Below, piece after piece: positions 8,117 through 16,054 of a stretch of 50,930 nucleotides of DNA (position 1 is the first letter of the stretch; every line of letters begins with the position of its first letter). Source of the stretch: an uncultured Candidatus Saccharibacteria bacterium (GTDB lineage: Bacteria > Patescibacteriota > Minisyncoccia > Phycocordibacterales > UBA1550); the NCBI GenBank assembly GCA_964642305.1, contig CAZXOE010000001.1, positions 1-50,930 on the forward strand, read 5' to 3'. The position numbers were made by a program, and so were the translations under genes. The notes beneath the pieces are model-generated. The model did not search any database. It saw only the letters and a list, made by a program, of their open reading frames with translations, and was not told the DNA's origin.

Positions 8117-8845
8117 ATGGCAACACTTTCACGAGTCATTAGCAAATGGTTTACAGAGGCGCCACACTGGAACGGTACTATTATTGAGAGCGAACGTATT
8201 GGCTCGCGTATTCAAAAAGTGAGGATAGAGCTTCCAGAATTTATAATAGCGCCATTCCCTCTCGGATCATATGTTACTGCTGTCACATGGGACTGCGTAC
8301 CGCGTTGCTACTCCACAGCAAAAAGTGATGACCGTTCATTCACATTATTAGTAAGCTTTTCTGGTGGCGGATGTGGGGCGCGTTTTTTCCGAGACTCTCC
8401 AGTTGGAACCAAGGTTCTTTTTTACGGACCATTTGATGATTTTCCATATCGCTATGGTACTAGTCGCCCAAAAGTATTTTTTGCAACATCCACTGGTATC
8501 GCTCCATTTAGAATGATGCTTGATGAAGCCATCAAAGAGGGTGTTCATTCTACAATTTATATTGGCTCGCCAAAGGAGTCAGACGTAGCCCTTCGCGAAG
8601 AGTTTGAAACGCTAGAAAAACAGCATCCGAAGCTTGTAAAATTTCAACCTGTTCTCTCAAATAGCGACGAGTCATGGAAAGGAGCTCGTGGATATGTAAC
8701 AGACTATATCCCAAAAAACGCTGAGACAATTAGAAAAAGTGATATCTATATTTGCGGTATTCCACCAATGACTCTCGGCGTGCTTAGAGCGCTTGAGGAT
8801 ATTGATATGCCTAAGGAACAAATATTCGTGCAAAAGTTTGGTTAG
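8117..8845 (+). CDS. FNR-like FAD/NAD(P)H-binding oxidoreductase module
   Basis: RCYS (RxYS FAD motif), GPFDDF, STGIAPF (NAD(P)-binding GxGxxP-type) and C-terminal ICGIPPM. Confidence 0.8.
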   Translation: MATLSRVISKWFTEAPHWNGTIIESERIGSRIQKVRIELPEFIIAPFPLGSYVTAVTWDCVPRCYSTAKSDDRSFTLLVSFSGGGCGARFFRDSPVGTKVLFYGPFDDFPYRYGTSRPKVFFATSTGIAPFRMMLDEAIKEGVHSTIYIGSPKESDVALREEFETLEKQHPKLVKFQPVLSNSDESWKGARGYVTDYIPKNAETIRKSDIYICGIPPMTLGVLRALEDIDMPKEQIFVQKFG

Positions 8846-8861
8846 GGAGTATAATGCAAAT

Positions 8862-9332
8862 ATGGAATCAAACGAAATTGCAGTATATAGAGGACTAGGA
8901 GAAGTGCGGAATTATGGCATTGCTGTTCTTGTTGCGCTATTTATTTTAAACAGTTTAACGCTTTGGGCGCTCAACTGGATTGAAACCAATGACCTGCACG
9001 ATGAACTTCAAAAGTACAGCGAATCACTACCAGCGCCGGGAACAGCAAAGCCAGACCAAACTGTGAACCTTCCGGAAGATATTTTACTTTTTCGCACAGA
9101 GACAAACGCTAAAATTGGCTTTTATCAAACATCGATCGGAGGCGAAAAGTACCTAGCATACGCTGATCAAGACAAACACTCTGTGCTTATGAAGTCAATG
9201 TCAAACATACAGGGTGAGGTACGAAGTTTCGCGCTCGCTCTTGTTGCGCTTTATCTTGGTGAACTTGTAATTCTTCTGGGTTGGTGGTTTTTTATCCGCT
9301 CAAAAGTGCGTGAAATATTTGAAGCAGTATAA
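8862..9332 (+). CDS. Two-TM membrane protein with ~100-aa loop, unknown function
   Basis: GGGAG at 8845-8849 upstream of ATG 8862. TMs are YGIAVLVALFILNSLTLWAL and FALALVALYLGELVILLGWWFFI. Sits in the operon between the FNR and FMN_bind genes. Confidence 0.6.
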   Translation: MESNEIAVYRGLGEVRNYGIAVLVALFILNSLTLWALNWIETNDLHDELQKYSESLPAPGTAKPDQTVNLPEDILLFRTETNAKIGFYQTSIGGEKYLAYADQDKHSVLMKSMSNIQGEVRSFALALVALYLGELVILLGWWFFIRSKVREIFEAV

Positions 9333-9335
9333 AAT

Positions 9336-9896
9336 ATGTCATCATTCACAAAAAATCTTCAAAAGTTTCTCGTTCTATTTTTCACTGCGTCCTCAGTAGT
9401 ACTTGTCACGATGGGTATAATACGTATCAAGAAAGTTGACACTATTTCACTTACTGAATCTGGGCAACCAAATTTGCCAAATAATACAGACACTCTAGGG
9501 TCTGCAACAATAACAGGAACAGCTGTACAAACTCCATGGGGAGATGCTGTCGCTGCTATTACAGTTAAAGACGGGAAAATTATTGCAGCAACAATGCCAT
9601 CGATCCCAGACTCCCCTCCTTCAGTTTACGCCGTGCCTTACCTTATTGACCAAGCTGTAAAGGCTGGATCTGCGAATATTCAGGGAGTCTCTGGAGCGAC
9701 ATACACAAGCATTGCTTTTAAAACATCACTTGAAAGCGCGATCTCAAAGGCTGAAGTTCAGGGGGAGACGATTGTTGCAAACGCATCAACTGGCGGTGGC
9801 GTATCTACCGCAAAACCATCAGTTCCACGAAAATACCGTGAGAGCGAAGACGAGGAAGAACATGATGAAGATGAAGATGAAGAATGGGACGATTAA
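9336..9896 (+). CDS. Membrane-anchored FMN-binding domain protein (one FMN_bind domain) with acidic tail
   Basis: N-terminal TM (FLVLFFTASSVVLVTMGII), TPWGD...motif, flavinylation-type motif GVSGATYTS, and C-terminus ESEDEEEHDEDEDEEWDD. Confidence 0.8.
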   Translation: MSSFTKNLQKFLVLFFTASSVVLVTMGIIRIKKVDTISLTESGQPNLPNNTDTLGSATITGTAVQTPWGDAVAAITVKDGKIIAATMPSIPDSPPSVYAVPYLIDQAVKAGSANIQGVSGATYTSIAFKTSLESAISKAEVQGETIVANASTGGGVSTAKPSVPRKYRESEDEEEHDEDEDEEWDD

Positions 9897-9937
9897 TTCT
9901 CTGTAAGATTTTCAAAATAAGACCGTCTCCAGTAGTA

Positions 9938-10951
9938 ATGACAACATTCAAAAAGAAATTAGAGACATTTTTTGTCTATTTTTTTACTGGAATTTCAATA
10001 CTAGTTGTTGTTTTGGGTATTCAAAAAGCGAAGGATGTTGACGCATTTGCTACCAAACCTGCCCCACCAGAGGACAACGGAGACAGTGGCACGAAAAACC
10101 AGCAGTCAAGTGTCTTTGGCGCATTAGCATCAAATTCAAAAGTTCTTGGAGCCTCTGAGTCTGTCTCTGTTGTTGGAAAAAGTTATCCGACCCCATGGGG
10201 AGATCTTGCTACTTCTGTAAATATTAAAAATGGAGAAATTATCTCTGTGGAAATTCCTACTCTTCCAAACTCTCCTCAGTCTATCTACGCAAGACCAATT
10301 TTAATAAACGAAACACTGAGGGCTGGTTCTGCAAATGTTCAGGCGGTGACAGGCGCAACGATCACAAGCAATGCATTTAAAGCATCACTTGAGAGCGCCA
10401 TTGCGCGCGCTAAAGTAAAAAATCCAATAGCTGTTTTGAAAGGCAATGGAATGGCATTACAGACCAATGAAAGCGCTCCGTCAACACCTCAAATTATTAC
10501 CGAAACTCCAATTATTAAGACCCCTAGAGCCTCCGTTACGCTATCATCTGGGGTGTCTGGAACTTTTGCTGGTAACGCATATTCCACAAAATGGGGAAAC
10601 ACAGTTGCATCAGTGACATTTACTAATGGAATAATAACTGCTGTTTCTATGCCACAGGTCCCAAACTCTCCTCCGTCGATTCAGGCAGAGTCATTTCTAA
10701 TAGAGCAGGCGCTCGCCACTGGCTCAGCAAATATTCAGGGGGTTTCAGGGGCAACTGTTGTAAGTGACGCATTCAAGCTATCATTGGAAAGCGCTATTGC
10801 AAAAGCGAGAGCTCAGGGTACAATATCAACACCTGTGCCTACGACAGCTATTTCCACAACACAAATGCAAACTATTACCACGCATCGCTATAAGCAAAGA
10901 ATGGATAGAGATAATGATGACCATGATGACGATGATCATGATGATGATTAA
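9938..10951 (+). CDS. Membrane-anchored protein with two FMN-binding domains and Asp/His-rich tail
   Basis: ATG 9938 (MTTFKKKLETFFVYFF...). Two repeats carry AVTGATITS and GVSGATVVS. C-terminus is DRDNDDHDDDDHDDD. Confidence 0.8.
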   Translation: MTTFKKKLETFFVYFFTGISILVVVLGIQKAKDVDAFATKPAPPEDNGDSGTKNQQSSVFGALASNSKVLGASESVSVVGKSYPTPWGDLATSVNIKNGEIISVEIPTLPNSPQSIYARPILINETLRAGSANVQAVTGATITSNAFKASLESAIARAKVKNPIAVLKGNGMALQTNESAPSTPQIITETPIIKTPRASVTLSSGVSGTFAGNAYSTKWGNTVASVTFTNGIITAVSMPQVPNSPPSIQAESFLIEQALATGSANIQGVSGATVVSDAFKLSLESAIAKARAQGTISTPVPTTAISTTQMQTITTHRYKQRMDRDNDDHDDDDHDDD

Positions 10952-10954
10952 TAT

Positions 10955-11863
10955 ATGACAGAACATTTTGTTTTTCACTCAATGGGGATTCCCGTCCATA
11001 TTACAATCGTAGGCCTTTCAAAAACTGAGGCATACGAGGCAGTAAAAAAAGCTGAGATCGTATTCAATGAGTACGATTTTCGTTTTAGCCGTTTCAAAAC
11101 AGAGAGTGAGTTAATGGCTCTAAATATGAGCAACGGCGCCTGGCACAAGGTTGGTGTGGAACTTTTTCAAATTATTAAACGCTGTGTCGCTCTCTCAGTA
11201 GAAACTGATGGAGCATTCGATCCGTCGGTCGGTGGCATTCTTGCGTCATACGGGTACGGTCTCCCTGAGAACTTCGTCTCACCATCAAATACTCCCACCT
11301 ACCGAGACCTCGCATTCAACGACCGCGAGCTTTTGATCCGCCTTTCGCCAGGGCAGATTCTTGAACCTGCGTGCATTGTGAAAGGCATAGCGATTGATGC
11401 TGTAGGAAGAGCATTGGATAGTGTGCCTGGATTTATGATTAACGCAGGTGGAGACATCCTAACAAAGGGTAATTTTGAAGGCGACTCGTTGTGGAACATT
11501 GCAGTGCAGTCCCCAAACGACCCCAATGCCATTGTGGCAGCCGTAGGACTTAGAAATGCCAGTATGGCCACCTCTGGCGTCTACCAAACGAAGGGCGAGC
11601 AAAACGGCAAAAAATGGCATCACCTGGTAAACATGAAAAACAAACTACCAGCAAAAGGAATTATTAGCGCGACGGTAATAGCAGAAACCTGCGAGAAGGC
11701 GGACACAGAGGCCTCACTCGCAATACTTCTTGGACCAATACAGGCTACTGCTCGTCTGGAGCGAAGCGGACTTCCCTATTTTCTTATTGATGACGACGGC
11801 AATGTGCACAAAAATTCCGCATTCACATCACTAGAAGTACCAATGGTATCTCTTCTCTCATAA
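10955..11863 (+). CDS. apbE: FAD:protein FMN transferase (ApbE family)
   Basis: ApbE-type blocks (GAFDPSVGG, KGIAIDA, INAGGDI, ATSGVYQ). No N-terminal signal peptide or lipobox is visible. Confidence 0.85.
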   Translation: MTEHFVFHSMGIPVHITIVGLSKTEAYEAVKKAEIVFNEYDFRFSRFKTESELMALNMSNGAWHKVGVELFQIIKRCVALSVETDGAFDPSVGGILASYGYGLPENFVSPSNTPTYRDLAFNDRELLIRLSPGQILEPACIVKGIAIDAVGRALDSVPGFMINAGGDILTKGNFEGDSLWNIAVQSPNDPNAIVAAVGLRNASMATSGVYQTKGEQNGKKWHHLVNMKNKLPAKGIISATVIAETCEKADTEASLAILLGPIQATARLERSGLPYFLIDDDGNVHKNSAFTSLEVPMVSLLS

Positions 11864-11868
11864 TTTCT

Positions 11869-12132
11869 CTAAACTTTTTTTTCTGGTGGACGCATAATAT
11901 ACATTGTTACAAACACCACGACAGTCGTAATAATGATTGCGTATATAAACTTTGCGGAAATCGAGTTTGCGCCAGAGGCAGGATAAAAATAGTCGATAAG
12001 GGATTTGATTGCTTCATTCCACGCTAGACCGACAACGATACCAAGACCAGCAGCAATATATGTCATAGATCTCTCGCGCACTTCGTTTGTGATTCGCTCT
12101 CCCTCACTTTTAAATTGCCTTAATCGTTCCAT
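11869..12132 (-). CDS. Small membrane protein (87 aa; resembles DUF5654-type proteins)
   Basis: AAGLGIVVGLAWNEAIKSLIDYF motif plus a C-terminal TM. Family name is from memory only. Confidence 0.55.
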   Translation of the reverse strand: MERLRQFKSEGERITNEVRERSMTYIAAGLGIVVGLAWNEAIKSLIDYFYPASGANSISAKFIYAIIITTVVVFVTMYIMRPPEKKV

Positions 12133-12148
12133 AATTTTATATAATATT

Positions 12149-12865
12149 CTAATTATTCAATTTATAAATCACGTCCTTCCTCTCAACAACTATTTCCCAA
12201 CCCATTCTTTTTGCGTGACGTGATAGTTTTTGATTTGGATTAAAACAGATAGGACGCTCAACCATTTCCAAAAATGAAATATCTCCCTCTGTGTCCCCTA
12301 CGCCCACAGAACCCTCTAGCGTGAGTCCTTCCTTCTCACAGGCTCGACGCACAATATTAGCCTTGTTTGCAATCAAATGTTCATCAATAACCTTTCCAGT
12401 AAAACATTCTGTAGGGCCAGTCTCGTAGAGCATCCCGTACGTTTTATCAAAACCAATATCCTTACAAAAGAAATCCAGAGTTCCCTTTGGCGACTTTGAG
12501 ATAGCTAGTAAGAAGTACCCATCATCCTTTAGTTCTTTAATTAGATTCTCAGTGTACACATACGTTCTGTGGCGGTAACGAGCAACGACGTGCTCTGAAG
12601 CACGCAAAAATTCACTGTACGGTATACCTTTTATATTTTTCATAAATACACCCACGACTGCCATTATGTACTCCTCATAATCACCCTCGCGATCGAGCCA
12701 TTTAACTTTTTCCTTTTCATAATCAGCGCGTACTGAAACAGGAAATAGCCCCATTTCTATTAAAACCTCCACAAGCTCAATAAGGAGAGATGAGCGAAAA
12801 ATAGTCCCGTCAATATCAAAAATGGCGACTTTGCGAAGTTTTTTTGTTTCATCCTTCATATACAC
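12149..12865 (-). CDS. HAD-superfamily hydrolase (phosphoserine-phosphatase-like subfamily IB)
   Basis: Motif I FDIDGTIF, a cap region, and motif IV GVGDTEGD. Confidence 0.75.
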   Translation of the reverse strand: MYMKDETKKLRKVAIFDIDGTIFRSSLLIELVEVLIEMGLFPVSVRADYEKEKVKWLDREGDYEEYIMAVVGVFMKNIKGIPYSEFLRASEHVVARYRHRTYVYTENLIKELKDDGYFLLAISKSPKGTLDFFCKDIGFDKTYGMLYETGPTECFTGKVIDEHLIANKANIVRRACEKEGLTLEGSVGVGDTEGDISFLEMVERPICFNPNQKLSRHAKRMGWEIVVERKDVIYKLNN

Positions 12866-12905
12866 ATTGTAGCGTGAATTATGCAGGTAACAAAACTTAT
12901 TATGA

Positions 12906-13532
12906 TTACAACATATCTGCCGTTATTCCATAAAGTCCTTCTTGTTTAGAAAGCCATTTTTTGTCACCACTTCCATACGCAACGCCAATAACAAATTTAA
13001 TTGCAGGGTATCTTGAGAAGGTTTTCTTTAGTGATAAAAAAGTCCATGCAATTCGGAACTGTAATCGTTGTTTTTTATTGCCCCAGCCGAGGAGAACCAT
13101 ATCTGGATTGTACATCTCAATATATTTTTTAATATCATGCGGATATTCCGCGATAATTCCAAGCTTAATGTCCCCACGAGACCCCCAAGGAAGATTTTTT
13201 GCCTCTTCATGAAATGCAAAAATAGTTGTCCTGCCAACCACATTATGCTTTTGAAGCACCTCCACAACCTGAATATAAAAATCACCACTAGCCTCCTTGA
13301 TCTCAATCAGCAGTTCCAACTTCGTTGACGACAGATATTTCAATACATCGTCTAATGTAGTGGCGTTGTTGTCAGTAACCTTATCGTGCGCGCAGACAAC
13401 AGTTTCGTCATCAGCGTCATATCGAACATCAAACTCCACGCCATCTACACCGGCCTCAACCGATTTTCTAAAAGCTGAAAACGAGTTTTCAATTTCTCCT
13501 GCTGACCATCCTCTGTGTGTAAATAATTTCAT
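12906..13532 (-). CDS. Glycerophosphodiester phosphodiesterase family protein
   Basis: THRGWSAGEIENSFSAFRKSVEAGVDGVEFDVR is the GDPD signature (HRG...EN...E.D). Confidence 0.75.
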   Translation of the reverse strand: MKLFTHRGWSAGEIENSFSAFRKSVEAGVDGVEFDVRYDADDETVVCAHDKVTDNNATTLDDVLKYLSSTKLELLIEIKEASGDFYIQVVEVLQKHNVVGRTTIFAFHEEAKNLPWGSRGDIKLGIIAEYPHDIKKYIEMYNPDMVLLGWGNKKQRLQFRIAWTFLSLKKTFSRYPAIKFVIGVAYGSGDKKWLSKQEGLYGITADML

Positions 13533-13590
13533 ATCCTCTCGTTGCTAAAAAAACGTTCTTATTGATTCACAGAAGTGTCTGTACATATCA

Positions 13591-14514
13591 CTATCTGAAA
13601 ATCATAATGCCTGAATCGTATTTTAGGTCAAAGATAAGCTCGCCTTTTGAAGTGAAGTGATAGCTCGCGACTTCGCCTAGAGATTTAGAAAAGTCGGCTT
13701 CTTGTGATCCTTCGCAGTACATCATTGTGGACATCATTCTCTCAAATGAAATTTTGTTTCCAGTTGTGGTGTACTCTCCGCCTACGCCGTTGCAATCTGT
13801 GCTTGCAGAAAATGTTTTGCTGTCCTTGAAGGTGAGTGCAAATCTTTTTGAATCGCGAGGAATTATTTTTTTACCGTCATTGTATGTCGTGCTTACCCAG
13901 TTCCATGTCTTCATATTGAGCTTCATTCGCGCGGGGTCTGCTTCGCCTTCGAAATTTTGCGCAACTTCACCAAACTGCATTGTCTTTGGATCAAAGAGAA
14001 GCCAAATACTTTTCCCTATTGATGGCATTGCTGTAAATGGTTCTCCGGGTTTTCTTTCTGCATAATTCACAAGCACAATGTTCCCTTTTTTTATCTCTGT
14101 TGTTTGCGGAGCAATGCGGTCACCGATAATTATAGCGTCTGAGCCAAGATAACCGTCCGCCTTGTTGAGCGCAACAGCAAGATAATAAAAGGTACCACTT
14201 CCACCAGTCTCCTGCGTGAGCAAGAACGCAGTGTCCTCCCGCCCATCACCATCGAAATCGTGTTTTACAGCGTTGCCAAAATAGCGAGTGATTGTTTTAG
14301 ATGCCGAACCTAAAATCAAGGGTTCCTCAGACATGCCATTTTTTAATGTTACTGATTCTCCGTTTATTCTGTATGTCGCATCCATAGGACTAGACGCCCC
14401 TATATTCAAACCAATAGACGAATCATTAACCCCAACCTTAAACTTAAAAACCCCCCAACCAAAAAATGTAACGAGTATGAGTATCGCAAAAATTATTCCT
14501 AATGTTTTTTTCAC
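13591..14514 (-). CDS. Membrane-anchored protein with C-terminal META (HslJ-like) domain
   Basis: N-terminal TM (LGIIFAILILVTFFGWGVF). The C-terminal ...FSASTDCNGVGGEYTTTGNKISFERMMSTMMYC resembles META/DUF306. Confidence 0.6.
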   Translation of the reverse strand: MKKTLGIIFAILILVTFFGWGVFKFKVGVNDSSIGLNIGASSPMDATYRINGESVTLKNGMSEEPLILGSASKTITRYFGNAVKHDFDGDGREDTAFLLTQETGGSGTFYYLAVALNKADGYLGSDAIIIGDRIAPQTTEIKKGNIVLVNYAERKPGEPFTAMPSIGKSIWLLFDPKTMQFGEVAQNFEGEADPARMKLNMKTWNWVSTTYNDGKKIIPRDSKRFALTFKDSKTFSASTDCNGVGGEYTTTGNKISFERMMSTMMYCEGSQEADFSKSLGEVASYHFTSKGELIFDLKYDSGIMIFR

Positions 14515-14609
14515 AGAAGTTGATTATACCGCATTGTTGGCAAAATTGCGAAAAATGTGATATATTTCCGATAAGCGCCAAATGGCGCTTTGGCATTATT
14601 TTATAAATT

Positions 14610-14681
14610 GGCTCTATCGTCTAACGGCTAGGACACAGGATTCTCATTCCTGTAATCGGAGTTCGATTCTCCGTAGAGTCA
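14610..14681 (+). tRNA. tRNA-Glu (anticodon CTC)
   Basis: Hand-folded cloverleaf. Acceptor ggctcta/tagagtc, D stem gtct/ggac, anticodon stem cagga/tcctg with loop ttCTCat, T arm cggag-ttcgatt-ctccg, discriminator A. CCA is not encoded. Confidence 0.9.
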
Positions 14682-14733
14682 CAAAATGAAAAAGGTCTGC
14701 ACGAGCAGACCTTTTTCATTTTGTGACTCTACG
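14672..14733. repeat. Perfect 29-bp-arm inverted repeat containing the last 10 nt of tRNA-Glu (core acts as bidirectional terminator)
   Basis: cgtagagtcacaaaatgaaaaaggtctgc-acga-gcagacctttttcattttgtgactctacg. The right arm overlaps the murF stop codon. Confidence 0.9.
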
Positions 14734-16054
14734 CTTTTGCTTTCCACTCCTCCTCCTGGCGGACTAGAAGCTCGTGTGCCCTTTCTGGCTCAGCCATTAT
14801 TTCTTCCACAGTGCGTTCCATGCGAATTCCTTGCGATCCTTTTACAAGTACAACGTCTCCTTTACCAATTATGCTCTCAATATATTTACCTGCTAGACGA
14901 GAATCATCAAAATCAAAAATATTTTTTTCGCTCATATCGGCATCGAGCGCTCCTTCTGCAATATATTGGGCGCGTGGGCCAACAGCAACGACTATGTCAC
15001 AAAATTTTCCTGCTAATTTTCCTATTTTTTTATGTTCATCTATTGTAAACTTTCCAAGCTCCAACATATCACCCAAAACCGCAATTCGCTTGCCTTTTGT
15101 CTTTATACTTTTAAGCGCTTCTAATGCAGCCTCTGATGCCACTGGTGACGCATTGTAGGTATCGTCTATTATGGTCGCACCTTTGATGCCTGGGATAATT
15201 CGCATGCGTCCTGGAGGGCTCATGTGGGCAGAAAGGCGACCAATAATATTCACAATATTTAGCTTCAAATATGCGCCAACAGCGATGGATGTGAGAGCGC
15301 TATACACCGGCTGAACACCCAGCACTCCTCGCATACTAATGGGGAGGACACTCCCATCGTACTCCAATTTGAATGTTGTGCCTACTGGCGCGCCATCTTC
15401 GTATGCGACCTGAATATTTGTTGCCCTAAACATTGCGTTTTCATTTAGTCCGTAAGTCAGCGACATTGCCTTTGTTCTTTCCTTGAGAGCAAGCACTCTT
15501 TCATCATCTGCGTTTATAATTAGCACCCCTGTTGAACGAAGGGCTTTCACTAAATTTGCTTTCTCCTCAAAAAGTTCGTCAGGGTTTTTAAAAAATTCCA
15601 CATGCACAGGAACCTCGCCGAAACGAGTGATGACAGCTACATCTGGAGTAATTAACTTGGTTGCTCTCTCGATATCTCCAGGCTTTCCTGCTCCAATCTC
15701 AAGCACAAGCCACTTTGGATAATGCACGCTAGTTATGATAAGCGTAAGGCCTTTTATAATATTTTTGAACCAAAGCAATGGATTTAACCAACCATTTTCA
15801 CAATCCAAAATCGTGAGAGGAAGTCCTATCTCGCTGTTAAAACTTTTTTCACTTTTGCGAGCGAGGAGCATCTCGCCAACTACCGCAAAAATTGCGTCTT
15901 TTGTGGATGTCTTGCCAACACTACCAGTGACAGCAATAATTTTAGGCTTGTACTTCATTAGCACAAGCCTTGCCTCGGCCTCAAGAATCGCTGTTACTAT
16001 TACTTTAAAAATTTGCTTAATCATGATTGTATTATCTATCTGGCGGGATTTCAT
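14729..16054 (-). CDS. murF: UDP-N-acetylmuramoyl-tripeptide--D-alanyl-D-alanine ligase
   Basis: Mur ligase P-loop VTGSVGKTSTKD, with central and C-terminal Mur ligase domains. An alternative start at 16024 (MIKQIF...) is possible. Confidence 0.9.
   Translation of the reverse strand: MKSRQIDNTIMIKQIFKVIVTAILEAEARLVLMKYKPKIIAVTGSVGKTSTKDAIFAVVGEMLLARKSEKSFNSEIGLPLTILDCENGWLNPLLWFKNIIKGLTLIITSVHYPKWLVLEIGAGKPGDIERATKLITPDVAVITRFGEVPVHVEFFKNPDELFEEKANLVKALRSTGVLIINADDERVLALKERTKAMSLTYGLNENAMFRATNIQVAYEDGAPVGTTFKLEYDGSVLPISMRGVLGVQPVYSALTSIAVGAYLKLNIVNIIGRLSAHMSPPGRMRIIPGIKGATIIDDTYNASPVASEAALEALKSIKTKGKRIAVLGDMLELGKFTIDEHKKIGKLAGKFCDIVVAVGPRAQYIAEGALDADMSEKNIFDFDDSRLAGKYIESIIGKGDVVLVKGSQGIRMERTVEEIMAEPERAHELLVRQEEEWKAKA

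Noticed and set aside
14686-15048. 120-aa plus-strand ORF starting inside the tRNA-Glu hairpin, and the many other antisense or alternate-frame track ORFs inside topA, rel, parB, murF, ftsI, rsmH, lysS, mrdA, mreB, proS, rseP, murA, priA, pyk and the M14 genes.
   Set aside because: All are fully embedded in well-supported conserved genes, lack SD sequences, and have low-complexity compositions typical of shadow ORFs.
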